Below, in pieces: positions 13,928-25,000 of a stretch of 64,000 nucleotides of DNA. The stretch's first letter is position 1. Each line of letters begins with the position of its first letter. The notes beneath the pieces were generated by a model. The model ran no database searches, was not told the origin of the DNA, and saw nothing but the letters and a program-made list of their open reading frames with translations. A program made the position numbers and the translations under genes. The stretch covers positions 71,510 through 135,509 of the forward strand of contig CALOEN010000032.1 of the NCBI GenBank assembly GCA_942492335.1, read 5' to 3'. The stretch comes from an uncultured beta proteobacterium (GTDB lineage: Bacteria; Pseudomonadota; Gammaproteobacteria; Burkholderiales; SG8-41).

Positions 13928-14718
13928 TTACCCGAAGTCCCGGAACCCCTCTACCACAGCCTTAAGCCGGGCAATAAGATGGCTGTGGTAGGCCCTCCCC
14001 CCTTCCACCGAGGCCTTTGAGGGGGTACCCACCGTACCCCCGGCCTTTTCCACGGCATCTGCCATCTCTTGTTTCGAAGAGGGCACATAGCAGAGGGTGT
14101 CGCCCGCAAATCCCGGATCCACCGAATAGAGGGGATGAACGGCATGAGGGTTGTCAATGGCCCTCTCCATCCGGGTCAGATGGGGATACTGGGCCATCAT
14201 GTGGGAGCCTTCGATCTCCTCGCCGTGGCCCACCGGCCCGAAGCCAAGCTCTTGGACAATGGATTTAGACATATAGGCCGGATCAAAAATCACCACCCGC
14301 ACCCCGAGCTCCCGCATGGCCCGCTCCCCTGCCATCTGCATCCAGGCAAGGTTGACAAAGCGGTGGCCGTTGATGATCACAAAATTTTCAAAGCCGTGGC
14401 AACTCAGGGAGGAGATGATATCAAAGGCCAGTTCGGTCTGGATTTCGGGCCGGATGGTGATGGTGCCGGGCAGCACCATATGATGGGGGCTCCAGCCGAA
14501 CCACAGGGGCGGCACGGCCGGGGTCCCGGCAGCGTTGGGCCGCGTCCCGGGCCAGGGTGGCGGCCACCAGGGTGTCCGTTCCCAGGGGCAGGTGGGGGCC
14601 GTGCTGTTCCGTGCTGCCAAAGGGGATGAGCACGGTTTTTACAGCCGTTGTCGACCGTTTCCCGGACCTCTTCCCAGGTCATGTTCTGAATCCAGACACT
14701 GCTTGTGTTTTCCGTCAT
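13928..14718 (-). CDS. Creatininase family amidohydrolase, two frameshifts
   Basis: NMTWEEV; LIPFGSTEQHGPHLPLGTD; PPLWFGWSPHH; INGH; HGEEIEGS, spread over three frames. Confidence 0.85.
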
Positions 14719-14742
14719 GGCGCCTCCTTTGCACAGGCCTGT

Positions 14743-16088
14743 TTATCTGCCCATCCGTTCGATGAAATGGGTGTCCAGGTTGCCGGCGATAAACTGGGGA
14801 TGGTCCGCCACCTCAAGGTAGAAGGGAATGGTGGTGGCAATGCCCGTCACCTTGAAGTTTTCAAGGGCCTGCTTCATCCGGGCCACGGCAGAAGGCCTGT
14901 CCTTGCCGAACACAATGAGCTTCCCGATGAGGGAATCATAAAAAGGCGGGATCAGGCAGCCGTCATGGATAAAGGTGTCCAGGCGGATGCCCGGCCCTTC
15001 AGGAAAAATAACGGTCTCTATTTCCCCCGGGGGAGGGCATGAAATTGTCCGCAGGATCTGCGGCATTGATCCGGCATTCAATGGCCCAGCCCCGGATGGC
15101 CACATCCTTCTGGGTCAGTGACAGGGGTTCCCCCTGGGCGATCCGGATCTGGGCCTGGACAATGTCAATGCCTGTGATCAGTTCGGTGATGGGATGCTCT
15201 ACCTGGACCCTGGCATTGGCCTCCATGAAGTAAAAATTTTTGTCCCGGTCCACCAGAAACTCCATGGTGCCGGCGTTGACATAGCCGATGGCCCGGGCAA
15301 TGCTGACGGCGGTCTCTCCCAGGACAGATCTCAATTGATCATCCACAAAGGGAGAGGGGGCCTCTTCGATGAGTTTCTGATACCGCATCTGGATGGAGCA
15401 CTCCCGCTCCCCCAGGTGGATGTAGTTGCCGTGGCTGTCCCCCAGGATCTGGATCTCGATATGACGCGGGGATTCAATGTACTTTTCCAGGTAGAGGCTG
15501 GGATTGCCAAAGGCGGATTTGGCCTCTCCTGCGGCCATGGAAAATGCCTGGGCGATCTCTTCCGGAGCCTTGACGATGCGCATCCCCCGCCCGCCCCCGC
15601 CGCCGGCAGCCTTGAAGATCACAGGGTAGCCCATTTCTTGAGCCAGTTCTGCCGCAGTCTCAGGGGAATCCACAATGCCGTCGGATCCAGGAATCACGGG
15701 CACCCCCAGTTCCAGGCAGGTCTGCCTGGCAGCGGCCTTGTCCCCGGCCCTGGCAATGGTCTCGGCGGACGGCCCGATAAAGACAAGCCCCTCGGCCTCG
15801 CACCGCCTGGCAAATTCCGCATTTTCGGACAGGAACCCGTATCCCGGGTGGATGGCCTCGGCCCCGGTCTCTTTGGCAGCTTCAATGATCCGGTCCTGGT
15901 TGAGGTAGGATTTCCGGCTCAAGGGGCGGACCGATGTGGACGGCCTGGTCTGCCTGCGTCACATGAAGGCTGTTGGCATCGGCATCTGAATAGACCGCCA
16001 CGCGTTTGATACCCAGTTGCCTGCAGGCCCGGATCACCCGAAGCGCAATCTCCCCTCTGTTGGCGATGAGAATGGTATGAATGGCCAT
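14743..16088 (-). CDS. accC: Biotin carboxylase, two frameshifts
   Basis: [17 protein letters not shown]; [14 protein letters not shown]; ERECSIQ; [12 protein letters not shown]; [10 protein letters not shown]. Frame breaks near 15920 and at the C5 run 15024-15028. Confidence 0.9.
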
Positions 16089-16090
16089 GG

Positions 16091-16342
16091 CTACTCCGGT
16101 CTGATCTCGATCAGGGCCTGGTTTTTCATCACCGCATCTTCATTTTCCACCAGGATCTTTTCCACAATGCCGGTTTTTTCGCTGCGAAGCTCGGTAAAGA
16201 TCTTCATGGATTCAATCACACAGACCATGTCGCCCTCCTTGATCTGTTTGCCTTCTTCAACCAGGGCAGGGTCGCCAGGGGCGGCAGAACGGTAAAAGGT
16301 GCCCATGACCGGCGATGTAATGGTGTAGGTGTCATTTCCCAT
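16091..16342 (-). CDS. Stand-alone biotin carboxyl carrier (biotinyl domain) protein
   Basis: [10 protein letters not shown], biotin attachment motif IESMK, 83 aa. Confidence 0.92.
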   Translation of the reverse strand: MGNDTYTITSPVMGTFYRSAAPGDPALVEEGKQIKEGDMVCVIESMKIFTELRSEKTGIVEKILVENEDAVMKNQALIEIRPE

Positions 16343-16390
16343 GGTGGGTCTCCTTATCATTTGGGGTGGCGGATTTGTGATCTGAAATTT

Positions 16391-16435
16391 AAAATATACT
16401 TGACATATATTTTGAATCTATGTCAAGTATATTTT
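16391..16435. promoter_or_regulatory. Perfect 17-bp inverted repeat: putative operator / divergent promoter
   Basis: AAAATATACTTGACATA-N11-TATGTCAAGTATATTTT between the divergent BCCP and GntR genes. Each arm contains TTGACA. Confidence 0.7.
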
Positions 16436-16475
16436 CTATCAGGCAACCCTTATCAATACAGGAGATCCGCTTTTC

Positions 16476-17168
16476 ATGAGTCCCGGGCCAAAGATCCAGA
16501 AACTTCCCAAACAGCCCCTGGCGGCGGTGGCCTACGAGACCATCATCCGCAAAATCATCTGCCTGGAATACCAGCCCAGCCAGCACCTGGAAGAGAGCCG
16601 GCTCATGGAAGATTTAGGTATCGGCCGCACCCCCATCCGGGAGGCCCTGGTCCGCCTCAACCATGAAAAAATGGTGGAATCCCACCCCAACAAAGGGGTG
16701 ATTGTCCGGCCCATCACCCTCCAGAACACCAAATCCATGTTTGAAAGCATGCTGCTCATTGAAACCGGCCTGGTGGATATTGCCCTGAGAAAAGACTGCA
16801 GCAGTTACCTTGAAAAAATGGCCCGGGCCAACAAAGAGGTGGCGGCCGCAGCAAAGGCCAACGATGTATTTCAACTGGTGGCCGCAAACCACAGGTTTCA
16901 CATGGCCTTTGCCAGGTCTTCCAGAAACGAGTTCCTCATCCGGGCGGCCAATGATATCAGAAGCGAGGCCAAACGCCTCTCATTTCTCTCCTACGACAAT
17001 GCCATTGACCCGGAACACCCCCTGGAACACCACTATGAGAGCGTTGTAGGGGAGCACGAAGAGATGATCCAGTGCCTGGCCGAAAAACAGGGAGACCGGC
17101 TGAAAGCGCTGATCCAGGACCATGTTGACACCTTCAGGGAAAGGATCATCATCTTCATGACCCACTAA
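16476..17168 (+). CDS. GntR family transcriptional regulator (FCD type)
   Basis: wHTH LEESRLMEDLGIGRTPIREAL, followed by an FCD domain (NHRFH, EHEEMI). Confidence 0.93.
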   Translation: MSPGPKIQKLPKQPLAAVAYETIIRKIICLEYQPSQHLEESRLMEDLGIGRTPIREALVRLNHEKMVESHPNKGVIVRPITLQNTKSMFESMLLIETGLVDIALRKDCSSYLEKMARANKEVAAAAKANDVFQLVAANHRFHMAFARSSRNEFLIRAANDIRSEAKRLSFLSYDNAIDPEHPLEHHYESVVGEHEEMIQCLAEKQGDRLKALIQDHVDTFRERIIIFMTH

Positions 17169-17215
17169 AGTACACGTGCAGGTAAATAAAAAACCAATAA
17201 GAAGGAGGAAGTACG

Positions 17216-17577
17216 ATGAAAAAACTGGTCTTACTCGCAGGTCTGTTGTGTTTTGCCTTAAGTCCCGTCTCCGAGTGGTTTTTGCCAAAACCAAGTGGGA
17301 CCTCCACCTCAACTATCCGGCCGGCAATTTCCACTCCCAGGGCGCCCAGCGCTTTGCCGATGAAGTGGAAAAGGCCACCAACGGTGAACTGAAAATCGTC
17401 CTCCATCCGGGCGCGGCCCTGGGGTTCAAAGGGCCTGAACTGCTGAGAGCCGTGGCCGACGGCGCCCTTTCCGTGGCAGAGATCCCCACCGGCATGGTAG
17501 AAGGGGATGCCCCGGTGCTGGCCCTCACAGCCCAGCCCTTTATCTCCACCAATGCCTTTGAGCAGCGTCTTCTTTAC
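17216..17577 (+). CDS. dctP: TRAP transporter substrate-binding protein, truncated
   Basis: Signal peptide (frameshifted near 17270), NYPAGNFHSQ, LHPGAALG, ELLRAVADG. The sequence ends abruptly at ~17577. Confidence 0.85.
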
Positions 17578-20500
17578 GTTGCCGTCAATGTCCAGTTCCA
17601 CCCAGCCCGGCCCATTGAGGTCCACGTCTGCCGAAAGAGTTGTGGAACGAATTTCCCGGGGCCCGTTCTGGGTAAATGCAAAGGGATCCCCACCGCCGCT
17701 GAATGCAACCGCTGTTGCACCAATGGTATGACTGTCGTTGACCCGGATCACCAATTGGTCGCCGTCCATCTGGATTTGATCGATGACAATCCCGGCATCG
17801 TAGGGCAGGGTTGCGTTGGCCGCTGCCGTGTGAATCATAGCGCAGCACTGGTTGGCCGACACCGCGTTGGAATCACTGATGGCACCGGTAAAGCTGCATC
17901 CGGTCGTATTTATGGACAGGGAAGGCGCACCGCCGCTGTTCTGCTGATGGAAATCACCGGCCCCGAGTCGTTTGCGGACATCCAGCTGGATGCCGGTGCC
18001 GACCGCTGTGGTCTGCACTTTGATCAGGTTCGTACCGGACTCCCAGGCACGCACGCCTTCCACAGCCAGGGCAATTTTTCGGGCCAGAACACTGGTTGCA
18101 TTGTCACCGGCCACCAGGTTGATTTCGGTGGTTCTTCCCCTGACGGTTACTTCCAGTGGTGTTGCGGTCAAATCAGAAGAGGCAAAGGCGGCATGACCGG
18201 TATCAACAACCACTTGTGCCGCCGTGCCCAGTACCGGCACTCCGTAGCTGCCGGTAAAGTCCAGGCGCCCGCTGCTTAAGGGGATGTCGCCGGTGGCGCG
18301 CAGGTGCGTGTTGCCAGTGTCGTACAAGCGGCGCAACACGTCGCTGTTGCGTGTTCTGGAGTCGGGAAAGGCAACCGCCGCGCCGTTTGCCAGCAGCTCC
18401 AGCCGACCGGCGGTATCGACTTGTGAATGAATGCCGCCCGGGGGTGTATTGGGCCACCCCGAAGTGAGATATGTGGTAAAATGTGTGACAAGCTCTGCCC
18501 GGGGGACCTGGTCTATATGGCTGAATTCACCGGTCCCCCGTCCCTCGCCCGTGTTGGTCAGTGAGGCCGGAGAGCCTCCGGCGACCACAATCGAGGCCCC
18601 GGAGCCACGCTGCACGCTTTCCACAACAATCACAGGTTCAGCCCGCATCTGTACCGGGATCGCGGATAATACCGTGTTAAAGGATTCCAGAGATCCCTGC
18701 ACCGTCGTATCGGTGGCGTTTGGGGTATGAATTGTTCCTCCGATATCAATAAGATGGGAATTGCCCAGGCCCCGGTCCAGGGCAATTTCACCGCGCAGGA
18801 GGGGACGGTGAACACCATAGAAAAAATATTCGGTGGCCCGTTCATTGACCCGCACCACCATCTGGTCGCCCACCAGTTGATAGGGGCCCGGATTTTCGGC
18901 AAACAGTTGTGCGGGCGGCGGTTCCACGATTTTCATTTCAGGTTCCGACGGCCAGCGACGCACGTTTAATAATTTGTGCTCATGTCCGCTTGCCGCTGCG
19001 GTGGTCAAACCGGTGGGAAAGCGCCTCCTTCTCAGAATATCGAACAGTTGATCGTGGGTTAAGTCGATGGTGTGGCTATGGGAAGCAGCGCCGCTCAGTG
19101 CCGTATTCGTGGTCAACGTTTGTGTTCCGGCGGGTGTGGTGCCCCATTCCCAGCCCAGTGTCCGCTGGTCTATCATCAGCCAGTGGCCATGGTCCGGCGA
19201 ACCGTTTTCGGAAGACCAGATATCGATCCTGCTCTGTAAATATTTGTATCCCGCCAGTGCATGGTCATGGCCGTTGACCGATGAAACAGTAAGGCTCGAC
19301 AGATCGCGCATGCCCATGATATCGGCGAGTTGCTCCTTCGTTAAGGTTATTTCATGGAAATGCCTCTCGTTTACCGTGGTGCTTACGGTGAGCGAGTCGG
19401 GCAGGGGGCCGTTTTCGATGAGGGTCCTGTCAACGAGAATCCAGTGTTCATGGGACGGCGTGCCCTCCTCGAAAAGAGAGATCACCAGTGGGTTCACCAG
19501 GGGCTGCTGCTCATCATTTTCCGAGGTGTAAAAGGCCATGGACAACGGTTTTCCTTCAATATGCCCTTTGCCCGGAATCCATGTCAGAAACGGAAAATTT
19601 CGAAAACCGTGCGTGGAGGAGTCCCTGAACACCACCGGCAATGTCATGTTCCGGCTGGCCGGATTGGCTGAGTTCGCCGGGTTTTCCACACGCCGCTGAT
19701 ACTCCTGGGCATGGAAATGCAAATGGTGCTGGGCACTGCGGCCCGTGCTGTCAATGTCGGCAATATGGACTCCTTGAGTGAACCGGTGCCCCACATCCAC
19801 CCATGCACGGTTGCGTGAAAGATGAACATAGACGGAATAGGTCAGCACGCGCTCGTCGTCGGTTCCGGGATCATGACCGGAGTGCCAGCTGGTATGCATC
19901 ACGTCTATGCTGTTCTTCTCATCACTGCCGTTTTTGTTGTCTTTGATGATATCAATGACAATGCCGTCACGGGCCGCCAGGGCATTTTTATTTTCTTTTT
20001 CATTAAAGTCATAACCATACTCATTGTCCACGTCGTCAGACGTTTTCACTTTGCTGGGGATGTGACTGAAAATGCCGTGCACGGCCTGGCCGCACAGCCA
20101 GTTCTCTCCGGAAGGGTAGGGCAGTTTGTAAGGGGAGGTGTCGGCATCCTTATCATCGAACAGGCCGTGTTTGTCGCGGCCGTCGTCAATGAAAAACCAC
20201 CAGAGAAAAAACGGGAGAATGCCTGCCACAAGAAGAGAACCGGAGAGCAGGAGACAAAACATGCCTGCTTCAATCAGGATTTCGACAATCGTGCTGTGCT
20301 CACCGGTGCCTGAATGGAAAAACAGCGGTATTCCGCCAATGCCGAAAAGAGTCAGGACTCCGACAACGATCGCGCCGGCTATTGCACCGCCCTTGCTGGA
20401 TGATTCCAGATCGGCCAGAATGAGAATCAGTGCTATCAGGGCCAGGATGGCACAAACAGTTGACAGGATGAGGGTCCACCAGTCGGGGGCTATGGGCAGG

Positions 20501-21957
20501 CTGCCGGGCCGCTGGCCTGCCAGTACCCACAGCACGACATATCCCGCAATAAAACCCAGGACCAGTCCCAGGACCAGCAGAACGATGGTGCGCGTGGTAA
20601 AGCCTTCTTCCAGGCTGAAATCGTCCCACGAGAGAAAAAAACTGAAAAAGGCCGCGATCCAGGACATGGGCCCCCAGACGGCCCAGAACATCCGTGACAT
20701 GGAGACTCGCTGAGGATTCTCCTCTTCGGCACGGTCTTTAAAATACCATACCGAACGGGTGAAATAATAAAATGAGCGGACAAGGGTCACGTTGGAGAAA
20801 TATTTCAACAGGCGCTGTGCGAACGACAAGGCCCAGTTGGAGTTACCGCCGTCATGGAAAGACTGAAACAGGCGAAGAAGAAGATTGAGGCTGAAATTGC
20901 CCTGATCGGAAAAGAACCAGTTCTTGAAGATATCGCCGCCACTGTCGTTACCGCGCTCTCGGTTGATGACCTCCGGCCATTTTGAGCGCACCAGGGTATG
21001 GCCACCGGCGTGCCAGAGAATGGTGAGGACACTCAGGGTACCGTCCAGCCAGCGGCCTTTGTAATTGTCCGTACGCACGGATTCCCACACGAGAAAGAAA
21101 GTGGCAAGCGTGTTGGTGGCCAGGTCCAGTCCCCATATGGCACCGGGATTTTCGTGGGAAACCGCCTTGACTTCATCCAGGTAATCCGGATCTTCTTCGG
21201 GCATGCCCCGGGGGCCGTCTCCGCCCGGGGTGCTCACGCTGGTGTTGAATTCAAAGCAGGCACTCAGCACCCCGCCATACTCGCTTTTAAAGGTCTGAAT
21301 AAAATCCATCAGGCCGGATACCGCCCGGTCGTCAATCCCTGCAACCACTTCATGCAGCACCCGGCGCAATTCCCATATGGCGTCAAACCCGGCGTCTGCC
21401 CAGGGCGCTTCATCCAGGCCTTCGCTGATATACTGCCTCAGGGTGACTGCCGAGCGAAAGGCCCGGTGTGCCGTTATATCGCGTCGGCCGCCTGCCAGGG
21501 GGTGTTCCAGCACCGAGGTCATGCCGTTTACCTGTTCCATCAGGAATTGGTTCAGGGCCTGGCCGTTCAAACGGGGAAGGGCGTCACACAAATTGTCAAT
21601 ATGTTGATGCAGGGTGTCACGCAAAACAGCACCGCCGGTATCATCCAGGCGTGAAAACAACTCCTTTCCAAGGTTCGTGATACCTTCGACGCTGTCCAGA
21701 CGATCCAGCAGATTTCGAATAAAGGAGATCGGTCCGCCGGAGCCGGCAAAACGCTCATACTGCTGCTCCAGTATATCATTGAACCGTTCCGACCGGCTTT
21801 GGACAAAATTATTCAGCCCGGATCCGAGACCCTCGGCACCTGTTCCCATGATGCCGAACACAAAATCCGTCAAGTCATCATAGGTCTGTTTGCGAGGTCC
21901 GGCATCCAGGGCCGTTTGTATACGATTGCGGTGTAACAGTGCATATCCCAGTGACAT
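17578..21957 (-). CDS. Giant multidomain membrane protein with an M23 peptidase domain; C-terminus cut at a junction
   Basis: Open frame of >1450 codons from MSLGYALL. Contains a hydrophobic helix cluster, M23 motifs (H..., YDF, AARDGIV, YVHL, STGRSAQHHLHF), His-x-His repeats and repeated beta-rich modules. Confidence 0.8.
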
Positions 21958-21960
21958 TTT

Positions 21961-22035
21961 TTTTCCTCCGGCGGCCCTTCGGGGACCCTCCGGGGGCTCT
22001 CCGAGGGCCAGCTTTAAAAAGCTGGACAAACAGAT
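21961..22035. repeat. Intergenic palindromic repeat, copy 1
   Basis: CCTCCGGCGGCCC...CCGGGGGCTCTCCGAGGG..CCAGCTTTAAAAAGCTGG.CAAACAGAT. Second copy at ~28617-28691. Confidence 0.85.
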
Positions 22036-22036
22036 G

Positions 22037-22081
22037 GGATGTAGAACTTATGTGAGCTGCGCTCACCAAAGTTCTACATCC
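22037..22081. repeat. Long stem-loop
   Basis: GGATGTAGAACTT / AAGTTCTACATCC outer stem with an inner GTGAGC/GCTCAC stem. Confidence 0.75.
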
Positions 22082-25000
22082 TAAGCGCTTACACGGGCAC
22101 TGACACCGGCAGTGCCGGTGGCCAGGGGAATGGGGTGCAGCATATCATCGAAAGCGACGTCCACGCGGGCCAGTTCGATATCGATCTCTTTTTTCAGTTC
22201 AAGGCTTGCGGCTTCAAGCAGTTTACGCAGGTTTGCAGGTAGATCCAGTACGGGCAGAAAGTCGGCCAGCAGGTCTTCGTATACCGGATCCACGGTGTCG
22301 GCTATGATCCTGCCGGGTGCCAGTGCGCCGATGGTTTCAACGGCGGCGTTGCAGGTTTCATTCAAGGTGTCGATGGTATTCTGGTCGATGATTGTGGAGA
22401 GGCTCAGCAAGTCGCCGACGGCATCACGTGCTGCTTCAAGAACTGCGCGCAAGGGCTCGGGATTTAAGGAATTTGCCGCGGTTTCAATGCGGCCGTGGAT
22501 CTGGTCCAGGGGATCTGTGACCGGTGCCAGGTCAATGTCGCGCAATATGTTTACAGCGTCTTCCACGGCGTTGACGGTGCCTCCCACCCCTTCATCCCCG
22601 ACGATGGTGTCCATTTTGGCATGCAGTGTGTCGGTAATGTCCGAGATTCCCTGCGCCAGCAACTGTATGTAGGGGGAGAAAGCCTGGAAAATCATGACGA
22701 TTGTTGTGAGCGGCGCGTGCAGGCTGTCACCCAGTGCCTGGTGTACGGTTTCCTTTAACGCTGCCACGGTGGCGGGCGGGTTCCTGAATTGTTCAAAGAT
22801 CCCTCCGCCGTTCAATTGCTGCACCTTGTAATAGTCCAGCAGCTTTTCCTGAAGGTTTCCCGCGGCATCGAGCAGTTTGGACGACATGCTGCCCCACGGT
22901 TGACGTGCGGCCTCCAGTATGTCCGCAACATGGTTCAGGCGTTCCATGGCTTCGACAAGACGGCGCCTGACGGGTATCATCCGGTGGGTGCGCAGGGTAT
23001 CCAGTGGAAAAGCACGGATGAGCATGATCACCTGTCGGGCGGCGGGAGAGCTGAGCAGGGGAATTCCCTGCTGTCCCGTCTGTTGCAAAGCCCGGGCGAC
23101 GTCACCTGCAATCGCATCGCGCTCGATACTCTGAACGGCTTCACCTGCTGCGGCAAAGGCGTTCTGCAGGCGGGCCGGATCCACTTCATCGAGTTTTGCA
23201 ACGGCCTGGTTCACCAGGTCATTTACCGCAGCGGTGGCATCGCCGGGCTCGCTGAACAGGTTCGCCCCGTCCCGCAGGAGGTCGCGGGTATCCGCGAGCA
23301 GCACGGTCCATGACTGAATGTATTCCAGGGCATCGTTGATACCGTCAAACAGGGTATCGATCTTCGTTGCTTCATACACTTTTTCGATGGCGCCTTCGAT
23401 GGCGTCATTTACCGGCTGAAGCAGTACCGACGGGCGCAGGGCCTCCACCTGGCTGAGGATGCGACCGTGAATATCCACCAGGGGATCAACCACCGCCCCC
23501 ACATCCAGCACATTTACGCGTTCCGCCAGCCCGTCAAGAGCGGCCTGTAAGTGATTCAGTAAATCAGACGGTTTAAACTCCTGCAGTGTTTGAATAAGCT
23601 GGGTGAAAGGCCCATCCAGCTCTTCGCCGATGATATTTGAGGGTTTAAACTGTGCAAGGCGGTGACGCAATTTATCGACACCTTCTTCCAATGCTTTCAG
23701 CACGACCCCCGGCCCTTCAACCAGGGCGGTTTGCACTGCGGTTGCAATGGGGGCGGAAACCTCTTCAGTGAACTCAATATCCGTCACAACCTTTACAGCC
23801 TGCCTGATGATTGGTTTGGCCGCATCGGGTATGGCGGTGGGATCGATGTCCTCCACTTTGGCTTCAATCTCTTCGATAAGGGAAATACTTTCGTCCGCGG
23901 CTGAGCCCAGGTCCAGGTTTTCCAGGGCCTGGATCACATTTTTGAGCAGATGGTCCACTTCTGCAAAGGTGCCGCGCACGGTATCGTTGTTGAGCAATGC
24001 TGCGACATCTTCCACCGCTTTTTTAACGGGTGCGGTCAATGATTCCGGATCGAAGCTGTTGGTGGCATTGGAAACCGTATTGACGGCAGTTTCAATGCCC
24101 TGCCTTACCGGATCAATGGCAGGCAGCACCTCGGTGTTTACAAAATTTTCGATTTCTCCGGGTAAACTCTCCAGGGCACTCTGTATTTCCGTAAAACCTG
24201 CCGCGGTCAATGCGGTATCCAGTGCGGTTTCCACCGGCGCGATCAGGGACGTCATTTCCGTGCGCACCGTTTCCCTGACACCATTGACCTCGTCGACTGC
24301 GCTCTGGACGGCGTCTCGTACCGTTTGCAGGGCACCGGTCACTTCGGAGAAATTAAACTCATCGATTGCGGTCGTCACATCGCTGAAGATATCCGTTGCG
24401 GTTTCCGGAAGCTCGGCCAGCAGCTCCTGCACTTTTTCAGCGACCGGCGTGATGTCAAAGGCCGGTTGCAGAGCCCTTGCAACGGTCAACAAAGAGCGGG
24501 TGAGCTCTTCATCCAGGCTTTGCGCCCGAGCCAGCGGCGAGAGTTCCGGGTGAAGGGCCATGGCAAGTTTTTCAAGCTTTTCCGCTGTGGCTTCGATGAG
24601 GCTCATTTCACTGAAGGCCGGATGCGCCGAGGCGGTAAGCATTTTAGGCCGCAGCGTGGAGAACACGTCCGTTAAGGTTGCGTGTGCAGTGGTCAGGGTG
24701 AGCATTCCGCTGTTGATTTGACCGGCCGCATCCAATACCGGTGCGGCAACACGGGTGCGCGGTGTACGTATCAACTCCGCCGCCATCTCGATTGTGCGTA
24801 CCAGGTTGGCGTTCAACTGCTCCGGTGTCAGGGTTTGCCAGGTGGCAATTGTCTGCAGAGATTCCATGGTTTCATCGATCACCGGCAGGTTTGGGAACCT
24901 CAGCAGTGGGGTGGCAAATCCCGCAGCGGCCCCTTGCAGGAATTCCAGAAGTCGTGGGGCATCAATGCGCGGACCAAGGCCCTGCACCAGGCTGCGCGCC

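Noticed and set aside
17155-22029. The 1624-aa ORF as one complete protein
   Set aside because: The last ~140 codons are the antisense of dctP across a junction, and the first 24 codons run through a repeat element.
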